Source: Paracoccaceae bacterium (lineage in GTDB: Bacteria; Pseudomonadota; Alphaproteobacteria; Rhodobacterales; Rhodobacteraceae). Taken from it: a stretch of DNA of 56,197 nt. Shown here in pieces: positions 40,730 through 50,266 of the stretch. Under the pieces are notes generated by a model. The model saw nothing but the letters and a program-made list of their open reading frames with translations, was not told the DNA's origin and made no database searches. The DNA lies in assembly GCA_012036325.1 (NCBI GenBank), contig JAAUPC010000001.1, positions 1 through 56,197 on the forward strand. The letters are read 5' to 3'. Within the stretch, counting starts at the first letter, position 1, and each line of letters begins with the position of its first letter. A program made the translations under genes and the position numbers.

Positions 40730-42502
40730 TCAGGCCTTGAGCCAAGGCTGCGACTTGGTCTGCAGCCGGTTGGAAATAAGCGTGGCGATGATCGACAGGA
40801 CCAGGATCAGCACCGTGATCGCATGGGCGAACTGCGTGAACCCCTCAGAGGCATAGCGATAGGCCAGCACGCTCATCACTGGCATGGTCGGGGTGAACAG
40901 CAAGACGACCAGTGACAGGTCGCGGATGATCTTGACGAAGATCAGTATCCCCCCCGCCGCCAGCCCTCGGATGGCCAAGGGAACGGTGATCGCCCACATC
41001 CGCCGCGCAAAGGATGCGCCGGTCAGGCGGGCCGACTCCTCCAACTCGCCCGACACCTGCTGGATCACCGCGCGGCCGGTCTGCACGCTGAACGGCAAAA
41101 GGTAGCCGGTGCCCGCGATGACGAGGATGGCAAAAGTACCATAAAGCGCAGGCAGTGGCCCGATTGGCGCGCCGAAGAAGGCGATGTAGGCCGCGCCAAA
41201 GGCAATGCCGGGGATCAGCAGCGGCAGAAAGCTGATCTGCACGATGGACGCTGACAACCAGCCAGAGCGGTAGCGCGCGGTGGTGTAGCTGGCCAAGAGG
41301 CCAATGAACATACCAGTGAAAGCGACGCACAGCCCCAGCCCCAGCGTTACAGTGGTGGACCACAGGATGTCGGGATTGTGCCATATGCCCGGTGTCCCTT
41401 GGGCGATATTGGCAGTACTTTCACCAATCCAGTAGTGCAGCGTCCAGTTGGAAAACAACGCCGCTGACGAGGGTGCCAGTGACGAGGCCAGCAGAATGAT
41501 GACCGGCACTACGGTGGCGCAGAGCAGGATCAGCGCAGCGACGGCGAACAGCGGCCAGCGCGCGGTGCCAAGGTCGAACCGTTTGGCGCGGCCGCCCTTG
41601 CCGGTGATGGTGGCATAGGACCGCCGCCCGCTGACCGCCCGGTTGCCCAGCCACAGGAAAAGTGCCGAGATCAGCACCAGCAAGATGCCGATGACAAAGC
41701 CGCGCGCGGTTTGGCCGACCTCGATCATCCCGAACAGTCGGGTGGACAGGGTCTGCATCCTGACCGGTAGCCCCAGCAGCGCAGGCGCGGCAAAGTTCGA
41801 CACGGCCCCCGCAAAGCACAGCGACCCGGCGGCAATCAGCGCGGGCGTGGTGACGGGCAGGATGATCCCCATCAGGATCTTGCGGCCCTTGGCCCCGGCG
41901 ATCTGCGCCGCCTCGACCAGATCGGAATTCACCGTGGCCAGCGAGGCTGCGATGATCGTGAAGGCCAAGCTGAAATAATGCAGGATCAGCACCACCAGCG
42001 TCGGCACCATGCCCCAGGCCAGCCAGTCGGGAATGTCGATCCCCATGCCCTGCAGCCAGCCCACGTCGCCACCAATCCGGTCATTCTTGAAGAGCCCCCC
42101 CCAGGCCAGCGCCGTGGCGAAGGACGGGATCATGAAGGGCAAGGTCGCCATAACGCCGATGGTCATGCGGAACGGAATATTGGTCATCACCACGGCCCAG
42201 GCGAGGAACCCGCCCAACAGCACGCAGACCACGCCACAGACGACACCGATCACCATGGTATTGACCAGCGGCCACCAGAAGAGGTTAGGCGCAAGCCGCC
42301 CCACCAGCACGTCTGACCAGGCGGTGATCGCCGTCGGCGTCAGCGTGGACAGCACCGTTCCCATCATCGGCCCTACGATCAGCACGACGAGGATCGCAAG
42401 GACCACCAGCTTCAGGACAAGGCCGGGGCGGAACAAAACGCGGCGGCCTTCTTGGGCGATATGCGGCTCTGGGGCAGGGGCGAGGGTCGCCATGCCGGTC
42501 AT
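40730..42502 (-). CDS. Fused double ABC permease (FbpB/AfuB type)
   Basis: Two EAA loops (LVEAAQIAGA, LEESARLTGA). Confidence 0.92.
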   Translation of the reverse strand: MTGMATLAPAPEPHIAQEGRRVLFRPGLVLKLVVLAILVVLIVGPMMGTVLSTLTPTAITAWSDVLVGRLAPNLFWWPLVNTMVIGVVCGVVCVLLGGFLAWAVVMTNIPFRMTIGVMATLPFMIPSFATALAWGGLFKNDRIGGDVGWLQGMGIDIPDWLAWGMVPTLVVLILHYFSLAFTIIAASLATVNSDLVEAAQIAGAKGRKILMGIILPVTTPALIAAGSLCFAGAVSNFAAPALLGLPVRMQTLSTRLFGMIEVGQTARGFVIGILLVLISALFLWLGNRAVSGRRSYATITGKGGRAKRFDLGTARWPLFAVAALILLCATVVPVIILLASSLAPSSAALFSNWTLHYWIGESTANIAQGTPGIWHNPDILWSTTVTLGLGLCVAFTGMFIGLLASYTTARYRSGWLSASIVQISFLPLLIPGIAFGAAYIAFFGAPIGPLPALYGTFAILVIAGTGYLLPFSVQTGRAVIQQVSGELEESARLTGASFARRMWAITVPLAIRGLAAGGILIFVKIIRDLSLVVLLFTPTMPVMSVLAYRYASEGFTQFAHAITVLILVLSIIATLISNRLQTKSQPWLKA

Positions 42503-42531
42503 CCTTTCGGGCCTGAGGGGGGGATAGACGT

Positions 42532-42569
42532 GTCCGGCCCGCACCCCTTGGTGCAGGGGCGGGCCGGAC
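42532..42569. other. Intergenic hairpin after the solute-binding protein gene
   Basis: GTCCGGCCCGC...GCGGGCCGGAC stem. Confidence 0.55.
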
Positions 42570-42579
42570 GGCGGGGCGC

Positions 42580-43689
42580 TTATTGCAGCGTCAGGACAAG
42601 GTCACCAACCGCAGCCCGGGCTGCCGCCGTCTTGGCCGGGTCGATGGACCAGGCGTTGAAATCGGCCAGCGGAATGGCATCGGGGTGGGGCACGATATCA
42701 CTGCGCGTGGCATAGTCACCCGCCACATAGAACGGCTTGAACCCATCGCCGCCCGTGTCGCTGTCATCGCCCATCAGAAAGTCGATGGTCAGCCGCGCCG
42801 CCGCCGGATTCTTCGCCCCGGTCGCCAACGCCACAACGGCGGGGAAAATGATCCCTGGCGCAGGTGCCACGTCATTGGCGACCTGCAGCGCCCAGCCTTC
42901 ATCCTCATTGTCGCGGCGGTCGGAGTAAGTGGTGAAGCCGATCGGCGGGTTGGTCTGGCCGGTCTTGCCGACGGCGGCATTCACATCATCGGTCGAACCG
43001 ACAAGGATCAGGTCATTGGCGAACAGGTCCGTGATGAACTTCTGACCTGCGTTCGCCGCACCGCCCAGGTCGATGGGCATGCCGAACTCGGCCTCATAGG
43101 CCGCAGCCATCGCGTCGGATTGCAGCACGATTTCGGTCATCAGGTCCAGATAATCACCACGCTGCAGCGGGTCGACCATCACCACCCTGCCCTTCCATTC
43201 TTCGCGCGTCAGATCCCACAGGCTGTCAACCGGCGCGCCATCGGGATAGGCGTCTTCCGCATACATCAGCACTTTGGTCGACAGCCGCTGCGCCAGCAGA
43301 GGCGATGTCTCGCCCGCATCCAGCAGGCCTGCCACGCGCGGCGGGACATAGGTTTCGATGATCCCGGCATTCAGCAATTCCGGAATGACCACCGCCGCGT
43401 CCGAGATATAGACCACATCGGCATTCACCGTGCCCGCCTGCGCCTCGGCCTTCAGCCGCGCGATCTGTTCGGTCGAGGACATGTCGAAGCCCTGCATATC
43501 GATGCCGGGATAGGCCGCTTCGAACGCCTCCTCCACCCGGGCGATCCGGCTGGTAAAGCTGTAGACGATCACCGAGCCTTCGGTCTGCGCCATCGGCAGC
43601 AGGTCTTCGGCGGTCATCGTGTTCAGGTCTTGCGCTGCGGCCGTGCTGGCCATCAGGCAAGCCGCAAGTGTCCACTTGAAGTGGGTCAT
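42580..43689 (-). CDS. ABC solute-binding protein (FbpA/AfuA-like cluster)
   Basis: Signal peptide; EGSVIVYS, FEAAYPGI, SLWDLT..EWKG and NPAAARL motifs. Confidence 0.9.
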   Translation of the reverse strand: MTHFKWTLAACLMASTAAAQDLNTMTAEDLLPMAQTEGSVIVYSFTSRIARVEEAFEAAYPGIDMQGFDMSSTEQIARLKAEAQAGTVNADVVYISDAAVVIPELLNAGIIETYVPPRVAGLLDAGETSPLLAQRLSTKVLMYAEDAYPDGAPVDSLWDLTREEWKGRVVMVDPLQRGDYLDLMTEIVLQSDAMAAAYEAEFGMPIDLGGAANAGQKFITDLFANDLILVGSTDDVNAAVGKTGQTNPPIGFTTYSDRRDNEDEGWALQVANDVAPAPGIIFPAVVALATGAKNPAAARLTIDFLMGDDSDTGGDGFKPFYVAGDYATRSDIVPHPDAIPLADFNAWSIDPAKTAAARAAVGDLVLTLQ

Positions 43690-43715
43690 GTCCGTCTCCT
43701 CTCCGGTTTACGTCG

Positions 43716-44559
43716 TTATTCGAACCGCTTGATCAGCGAGCCGAGTGTTTCAAGTTTCTGTAACGTCTGCATTTCCTCGGATGCCCCGGCCGCGATGACG
43801 ATGGCATTCGAAATCGCCATCGGCACGGTCAGGGTCTGAAAGCTGTCGGCGTCCATCGACCGCGGTGACGACAGCATCAGGTCGGGTGCCGGTATCAGCA
43901 TCGGGCCGGTCGTGTCGGAAATCACGATGACCCGCGCGCTGATGGCGCGGCAATGATCAACCAGCGCCGGATAGGCCCGTGGCGATCGCCGGAAGGCATA
44001 AACCAAAAGCACGTCGCCGTCGGCCATGCCCAAAACGCCTTCGGCAAGGCTGCGCGCATCACCCGATAGAAGGGTCACGTCGCGGCCATAGCGCAAAAAC
44101 CGTTTGGCCATCAGCAGGGACAACGCCTCGGCATTGCCACGGCCAAAGACATAGATGCGCCGCGCTGCCATCAGCCAGCCAGCCGCCTGCAACACCTGCG
44201 CTTCGCTGACATGGGACAACAGGGTGTCCAGCGCCGCACGCTCCGCCGCCGCAAGGGTGGCCAACGCCCCCCCCCTCGCCCGCGCTGCGCATGGCGCGCT
44301 GCATCCGCGTTGCCGTTTCCTCGGTCGGCAGGAATTCCGACTGCAGCGAGGCGCGAAACGCCGCAAAGCCATCAAATCCCAGCTTGCGCGCAAGCCGCGA
44401 TGCCGTGGCCTCATGCACCCCCGACTGTCGGGCAAGTTCGGTCACCGACGCCAGCGCCGCCTGCCGCGGTTGCGCCAGAACGGCAGCGATCATCCGCCGC
44501 TCGGACGGGGTAAGCGTTTCGGCGCAGGATTGGACAAGGTCGGCGAATCGGTAAGTCAT
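43716..44559 (-). CDS. RpiR/MurR-family regulator (HTH plus SIS), frameshift at the C9 run 44267-44275
   Basis: LTPSERR..VHEATASRLARKLGFDGF HTH; ARRIYVFGRG SIS domain in the next frame. Confidence 0.88.
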
Positions 44560-44577
44560 GGCTTGGTCCCAACTTCT

Positions 44578-44647
44578 CGCAAGAAAATATGCAGAGCAGA
44601 TGCATCGTGCAAGGTAAATTGTATGCAGGCCGCAAGAAACTTTGCAG
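44578..44647. promoter_or_regulatory. Paired operator candidates for the RpiR regulator
   Basis: CGCAAGAAAATATGCAG (44578-44594) and CGCAAGAAACTTTGCAG (44631-44647), 15/17 identical. Confidence 0.6.
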
Positions 44648-44830
44648 TAACTCTGCGGGGACGGATCCGGGAGTTCGCTCTAATGGTATCTTCAGGGCCT
44701 GTCTTCCGCGGAACACTGCGACCGAGGTGTCAGTCACGTCCCCTTGCGCGGCGCGTCATCCCGAGCCGATGTGGCAGTCCCCTGCTCCTTGAGTCTTGGC
44801 CAAGTAGAAAAGGATGACTTTCAGCTTAAT

Positions 44831-44854
44831 GTGCAAAAATTGTTCTTTTTGCGC
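44831..44854. repeat. 24-bp palindrome, copy 2
   Basis: GTGCAAAAA-TTGTTC-TTTTTGCGC, same 9-6-9 geometry as 27931-27954. Confidence 0.6.
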
Positions 44855-44886
44855 ACTACATGGCGGTTCTTTGTCTGAGAGTATTA

Positions 44887-44913
44887 CCCACGATAAGTCC
44901 GCCTTATCATGTG
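44887..44913. other. Candidate tyrosine-recombinase crossover site
   Basis: CCCACGATAAG-TCCGC-CTTATCATGTG imperfect inverted repeat, about 0.8 kb upstream of the recombinase. Confidence 0.45.
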
Positions 44914-44975
44914 TGTTGATCTGGACGTGGAAAGGGCGCATTCTGGCCCGAGAAACCTGTTGGAGAACCCTCGGA

Positions 44976-45410
44976 TCAATGGTCGGAAACTGCGCCCAGC
45001 AACGACATCCCGGGAAGGCCAGCCGCCTTGCGGTCAAAGGTGACCGTCGCCTGGCAGCCAGCCCCCTGCCCTGCCAGCGCAATCATCTGATCGGCAAAGC
45101 CGGGTCCACCCTTGCGATAGCGGTCCACGGCAATCGCGGCACGATCTGCGGCCTCGATCACCAATTCACGCGCCTCCATGAGGCCGTCGAGAGCCCGGGC
45201 GATATCAGGTCGCGGCAAAGAATAGGCGCGCTCCAGGACCCAGACCAACTCGATCAGAACCTCGCGGCAGATGAAGCCTGGTGCCGCTTCGGTGAATGTC
45301 GCCATCAGGTCCTGCGCTGCCGTGGCCTGTGCGACATCGTCCTGCACCAAAAAACGGACCAGGACATTGGTATCAACCCCGGTCATGAGTACGGACGTTT
45401 GGGACGTCAT
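44976..45410 (-). CDS. vapC: VapC PIN-domain toxin
   Basis: GVDTNVLVR, E..WVL, GFAD and VTFDRK motifs. Confidence 0.92.
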   Translation of the reverse strand: MTSQTSVLMTGVDTNVLVRFLVQDDVAQATAAQDLMATFTEAAPGFICREVLIELVWVLERAYSLPRPDIARALDGLMEARELVIEAADRAAIAVDRYRKGGPGFADQMIALAGQGAGCQATVTFDRKAAGLPGMSLLGAVSDH

Positions 45411-45646
45411 TGGCCAGAAGCGCCTTTGGCAATCGCCTCGTCCATATCTTCAAGGCTCGCCTGCTTGTCAGTCCGGTCCTTTAGCAAGCCTGCCAGTTGC
45501 ATCACGGGCCTGCAGCGCACCAGTCGGACTTCGCCTCCGTCGAGGATCATGTACCGAACCCGGTCACCCGGGTGCAGTTTGAGGGCGGAACGCACATCCT
45601 TCGGCAGGGTGGTCTGGCCCTTGGTCGTCACGGTCGATTCCTGCAT
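45407..45646 (-). CDS. vapB: AbrB/MazE-type antitoxin
   Basis: STVTTKGQTTLPKDVR..L.PGD motif; overlaps the toxin. Confidence 0.9.
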   Translation of the reverse strand: MQESTVTTKGQTTLPKDVRSALKLHPGDRVRYMILDGGEVRLVRCRPVMQLAGLLKDRTDKQASLEDMDEAIAKGASGQ

Positions 45647-45718
45647 GGCAGCCTCCAAGGGGATTTATATGAGTTCCTTACATATAGCGATTTTGCCTTA
45701 CCTCTGCAAGGCGCGGAT

Positions 45719-46762
45719 ATGACTGTGCTCGCTCTGCCAGCCTATGCGCAACTCTCCGACGCGGATGAGTCGGCGCTGAACGACCTGTACAGGCGCGGCA
45801 CACCACCCAATACGCTGCGCGCCTGGGAACGCGATCTGGCCTATATAGCGGCTTGGAAGATGGCCTCATTCGGCAAGCCGTTGGACTGGCCCGAGGACGA
45901 GAAGGTCGCGCTGCGCTTCATCCTCGATCACGCGCAAGACCTGACCATCAAGAAGGGCATCGCACGGGAGGTTGCGATGGAGCTGATCGCCATCGGGTTA
46001 CGACGGGAGCTGACCTGCCCCGCCCCGGCCACTCTGGATCGCCGGATCGCCAGCTGGCAGGCGTTCCACCGGATGCGCAACCTCCCATCGCCGTTTTCGT
46101 CGCCTCTGGTGCAACAAGCTCGGCAAAAGGCCCGGCGCGCGAATGCGCGCCCCCGGGTGCCGAAATCGCCCAAGCCCGTGACGCGAGACATTCTGGAGGC
46201 GCTGCTGGCCACCTGCGACGACAGCCATCGCGGCATCCGAGACCGCGCCATGCTGATGCTGGCCTTCGCCAGTGGTGGACGGCGGCGGTCGGAGGTAACG
46301 GCGCTGCACGTCGAAGATATCGGCCTTGATGACTTCAGACCCAAGGGTCTGGTCTGGATTCGGCTTTTGGAGACCAAGACCACGAAAAAGGACCAGGCCC
46401 CACGTCTCCCGATGAAAGGCCGCGCTGCCCGCGCGCTGGTGCATTGGCTGGAGGTGACCAAGATTACCGATGGGCCGCTGTTTCGGCCCATCTCCTTGTC
46501 CGACCGCCCCCTGCCCCGTCACCTTGCCTCGGATGCGCTGCGCACGATCCTGCGACACCGGTTAGTCCTAGCGGGTCTGCCGGCTGACTTCGCCACACCG
46601 CACGGTCTGCGTGCCGGGTTCTTGACCCAAGCCGCCTTGGACGGCGCACCTTTGGCGGCCGCGATGAAGCTATCGCTGCACCGCTCTGCCGTGCAGGCCC
46701 AGAAGTACTATGCCGATGTGGAGATCAGCGAGAACCCCGCGACCGACCTTCTAGGTGACTGA
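45719..46762 (+). CDS. Tyrosine recombinase (plasmid resolvase-like)
   Basis: RDRA..GRRRSE, TKT, HGLRAG, H and KYY catalytic residues. Confidence 0.93.
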   Translation: MTVLALPAYAQLSDADESALNDLYRRGTPPNTLRAWERDLAYIAAWKMASFGKPLDWPEDEKVALRFILDHAQDLTIKKGIAREVAMELIAIGLRRELTCPAPATLDRRIASWQAFHRMRNLPSPFSSPLVQQARQKARRANARPRVPKSPKPVTRDILEALLATCDDSHRGIRDRAMLMLAFASGGRRRSEVTALHVEDIGLDDFRPKGLVWIRLLETKTTKKDQAPRLPMKGRAARALVHWLEVTKITDGPLFRPISLSDRPLPRHLASDALRTILRHRLVLAGLPADFATPHGLRAGFLTQAALDGAPLAAAMKLSLHRSAVQAQKYYADVEISENPATDLLGD

Positions 46763-46819
46763 CTTTGCAGGGAAACGGTCGTTTATTAGTGGTGTATGAA
46801 ACTGCAAACGGCCGTTTTG

Positions 46820-47703
46820 ATGCCTCTGATCGGCTATGCGCGCGTCTCGACCGAGGATCAGACCCCCCTGCCCCAGTCGCAGGCCCTGAAATCCGCGGGC
46901 TGCGCAGAGATCCATGAAGAGCAAGCCTCGGGCGGGAACCGCGCGCGGCCGGTGCTGGCGCGGGTGCTGGAGCGGATCGGCAAGGGCGACACACTGGTCG
47001 TCGTGCGTATAGACCGGCTGGCGCGGTCGCTCTCGCATCTCCTTGAGGTGATCGAACGGCTGGAGGCGAAGGGCGCCTTCTTCCGTTCACTCATGGACCC
47101 GATCGACACGTCCTCGCCGCAGGGCAAGTTCGCCCTGCAGGTCCTCGGCGCCGCCGCTGAGTTTGAGCGCGCCCTGATCCGCGAACGCACCAAGGCCGGC
47201 CTGGTCAGCGCACGAACCAAAGGCCGGATTGGCGGCAATCCGGGCCTGCGCGTCCGGGATCCGGCGCCGCTGCGCAAGGTGCGGCTGGCCCGGCAGGACG
47301 GCTATATGGAACGCCTGAACGAGACGGCGCAGGACTGGGTGCCCCATGTCCGCCGCCTGCGGCCCGACTTAGCCTGGGAAGATGTGGTGCGCATCGTCAA
47401 CGGCCCCCTGCCCCACGAGCGTCAATGGACGCAAAGCCGGCTTTGCGCGCGGTCAACGCCTATGTCCGGGACGGCTTCCTGCCGCCCACGGTACTGGACC
47501 GCGCCGGCCGCCGCGAAACCGACGACCGCCTGCCCGCCATCGTCGCTGCCATCAAGGGCGCGGACCCCGAGATCACGCTTCAGGCGATCTGCACCAGACT
47601 GGAAGCGATGCGCGAGCGCACGCCCCGCGGGCGGACAAGCTGGCAGCCGTCATCCGTGAAGATGCTGTTGGAAAGGGCTGAGAGGCTGGGGCTGCTTGCG
47701 TGA
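46820..47703 (+). CDS. Serine recombinase (resolvase) with extended C-terminus, frameshift near 47440
   Basis: IGYARVST, RIDRLARS and AEFER; the C-terminus continues in ORF 47425-47703. Confidence 0.9.
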
Positions 47704-47960
47704 AGTCGTGGGAATCGGTCGAGCGATTCTGAAGATCTGCGTTACGTAGGCGTCGACAATACATGTTGTGGCCATGACATCGCGGGCTACGAACTGTTGA
47801 AGTGCTCTGCGAACAAGGTTGCCCAAGACGCTGATACTTCACGGTTTTTTCTCGTCAGGAAACTGCCGCCTCAACACCCCTAGGCCGCTCAACGGATTGG
47901 GCTAGATTTACTCACCAAAACTGTTAAGGTCTACAAAACAATAAAGACTTGAGGGCAGTG

Positions 47961-49142
47961 ATGAGCGGGATACGGGCATCTCAAAGATTCGATGTCATGT
48001 CCAAGCGGCTCGGTAGCCGGTTGCGTGAACATGTGCAGGAGACGTTCCCACCGGATGCCCAGAAGGGTCTCCGTCGTTTCGCGATGCGGGAAGCCGCCGA
48101 TCTGCTTCGGATCAACCAGAACACCTTCCGCCACCATGTGTCAAACCTCGAGGGCTTTCCCGAAGGCATCCTTGAGGGTGGCAACCGCCGCAGCTTCTCT
48201 GCCGAAGAAATGGTCGAGGCCCAACGCGTCCTTCTTGAGACGGGCAGGATCAAGCCCGATGAGCACCCTCACAGAAGAGCCGGCGAACCGTGCCAGGTCG
48301 TGACAATCTTCAACCTGAAGGGCGGGTCCGCAAAAACGTCAACCGTTGCTCATGTTGGTCAGCTTCTGGGCCTTCGCGGCTATCGGGTCCTGCTTATCGA
48401 CCTCGACAGCCAGGCAAGTCTGACGAACCTGTTCGGGGTGACCCCTGAACTCGATCCGGACATGGCGACCTCCTACGATCTGATCCGGTCGGAAGGTCCC
48501 CTGCCCGCCTCCGATATCATTCGAAAGACGAACTTCCCGACTGTGGATCTGATCCCGGCCTCCATGGACATCATGGAGTACGAGTTCGAGGTCGCTTTGA
48601 GCTTCAGACACGGCGCCACCACCTTCCACAGTCGGATCCGTGAAGCGCTTGAGCCTGTCCTGAGCAGGTATGATGTGGTTATCTTCGACACCCCACCGCA
48701 GCTGAACTTCTCGGTGATCTCCGCCCTCTTTGCTTCCACTGGGGTCCTGATCCCGCTCAACGCGTCCATGCTTGATGTGATGTCTCTGGCAAGCTTTCTC
48801 GGCATGGCGAGCAACCTGATGGGCGTCGTCGAGGCGCATGCTCGTGAGCACGGTCTGAACTTCGTTCGGGTGCTGATCACCCGGTACGAGAACACCGACG
48901 GTCCACAGGTCCAGATCTCTTCTCTACTTCGGACGGTCCTTGGCGATGCGGTCCTCCCTGCCGAGTTCCTGAAGTCGACGGCGGTAGGTGATGCCGCAAA
49001 CACCCAGCAGAGCATTTTTGAGGTCGAACCTCGCGAGGTGAACCGCAGAACATACGAGCGTGCGATCGAGTCCGTTTCACGGGTGACCGACGAAGTTGAG
49101 CGCGAAATCCTCAAGGCATGGGGGCGTAGCCATGGCGCGTAA
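47961..49142 (+). CDS. repA: RepA partition ATPase
   Basis: N-terminal HTH, KGGSAKT, IDLDSQASL and DTPP. Confidence 0.93.
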   Translation: MSGIRASQRFDVMSKRLGSRLREHVQETFPPDAQKGLRRFAMREAADLLRINQNTFRHHVSNLEGFPEGILEGGNRRSFSAEEMVEAQRVLLETGRIKPDEHPHRRAGEPCQVVTIFNLKGGSAKTSTVAHVGQLLGLRGYRVLLIDLDSQASLTNLFGVTPELDPDMATSYDLIRSEGPLPASDIIRKTNFPTVDLIPASMDIMEYEFEVALSFRHGATTFHSRIREALEPVLSRYDVVIFDTPPQLNFSVISALFASTGVLIPLNASMLDVMSLASFLGMASNLMGVVEAHAREHGLNFVRVLITRYENTDGPQVQISSLLRTVLGDAVLPAEFLKSTAVGDAANTQQSIFEVEPREVNRRTYERAIESVSRVTDEVEREILKAWGRSHGA

Positions 49143-50061
49143 GGTCTTCGGGGACTCACTCAAGAACGCGATGGGTAAAGCGTCAACGTCGGATGAGGAT
49201 GCGGATACCGATCTGAAGCGCACGAGCCCAACTGTCGCTCGAGCGCAAGCATCGGTGTTGGAAGAAGACAAACACGCCACGCGCTTGATCGACCCGAGCA
49301 CTGTGCGAATGTCCGCGGTCATGGATCGCATCGATCCGAGCGATGGCCTCGAGGAGCTCGTCGCGTCGATCCGTGAGCACGGGCAAAAGGTTCCGGTTCT
49401 TGTCCGCCGAACCCAAGACGGGGCACTTGAAATCGTCTATGGACGCCGCAGGCTTCTCGCCTGTCGTGAACTTGGTCAGAAAGTGCGCGCCACGGTCATG
49501 GAGATGACCGAAGAGGAAGCACTGATCGCCCAGGGTGTAGAGAACAATGCCCGCCAAGACCCATCGTTTATCGAGAGGGCCCTGTTCGTCGCTGGGATCA
49601 TTCGGGAGCTTGGCAAAACTGACGAGACACGCAAGAACGCCCAGACCATCGCCTATCGGGCACTTCAGATCGACGAGTCGCTCGTCTCGCGGATGAACCG
49701 TATCGCCACCGGCATTCCGAAGGAGCTGATCCATGCAATCGGACCTGCACATGGCGTTGGTCGGCGAGTCTGGGAGAAGCTTTTCAGGCTGTGCGAGAAG
49801 GACGTCGCGAGAGCCAGAGAAGTTGCTCGTGAAATCCCCCGCAACTTGCCAGGCCCAGACCGACTTGACGCAGCGGTTACGCTGCTCACGGCCACCAAGG
49901 CAACTACACCCAAGGTTGAGCAATGTGAGCGCGTGAAGATCGGCCGCAAAGGCAACCGCATTACCATCGATGTGGACGCTGACCTTGCCCCGCGCGTTGA
50001 AGACGCCATCCGGAAGCTGATCAGCGAGCTTCTTGACCGCGGTCAAGATGGCTCAGAGTGA
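49132..50061 (+). CDS. repB: RepB partition protein (ParB family)
   Basis: GQKVPVLVR, YGRRRL and ENNARQDPSFIE. Confidence 0.93.
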   Translation: MARKVFGDSLKNAMGKASTSDEDADTDLKRTSPTVARAQASVLEEDKHATRLIDPSTVRMSAVMDRIDPSDGLEELVASIREHGQKVPVLVRRTQDGALEIVYGRRRLLACRELGQKVRATVMEMTEEEALIAQGVENNARQDPSFIERALFVAGIIRELGKTDETRKNAQTIAYRALQIDESLVSRMNRIATGIPKELIHAIGPAHGVGRRVWEKLFRLCEKDVARAREVAREIPRNLPGPDRLDAAVTLLTATKATTPKVEQCERVKIGRKGNRITIDVDADLAPRVEDAIRKLISELLDRGQDGSE

Positions 50062-50088
50062 CGACCCCGTGTCTTGACCGAGGTCAAG
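50032..50088. repeat. Two parS-like palindromes at the repB end
   Basis: CTTGACCGCGGTCAAG (50032-50047) and CTTGACCGAGGTCAAG (50073-50088). Confidence 0.75.
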
Positions 50089-50109
50089 ACATCAAGAGCA
50101 ACGAGCAGA

Positions 50110-50240
50110 AAACGAAAGGAGGACCGGCCAGAAAAGGAAAGACCCCCCGAAAGCGGTGCTTCCGAAGGGCCTCAATCAGTCTCGACACCTGATTGATACC
50201 CCCAAAACGAATCGAGTTCAACACCGCTCGCGGTGACCGG
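50110..50240 (-). ncRNA. Probable counter-transcribed RNA/incompatibility region of repABC
   Basis: repB-repC intergenic region with a hairpin (GACCCCCCGAAAGC..GCTTCCGAAGGGCC) next to an A-rich run; positional inference only. Confidence 0.4.
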
Positions 50241-50266
50241 GGAAGCTTTTTCTTCCGTAAACACAT

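Noticed and set aside
45719-46762. Tyrosine recombinase as an integron integrase
   Set aside because: No IntI-specific insertion and no attC cassette array recognised.
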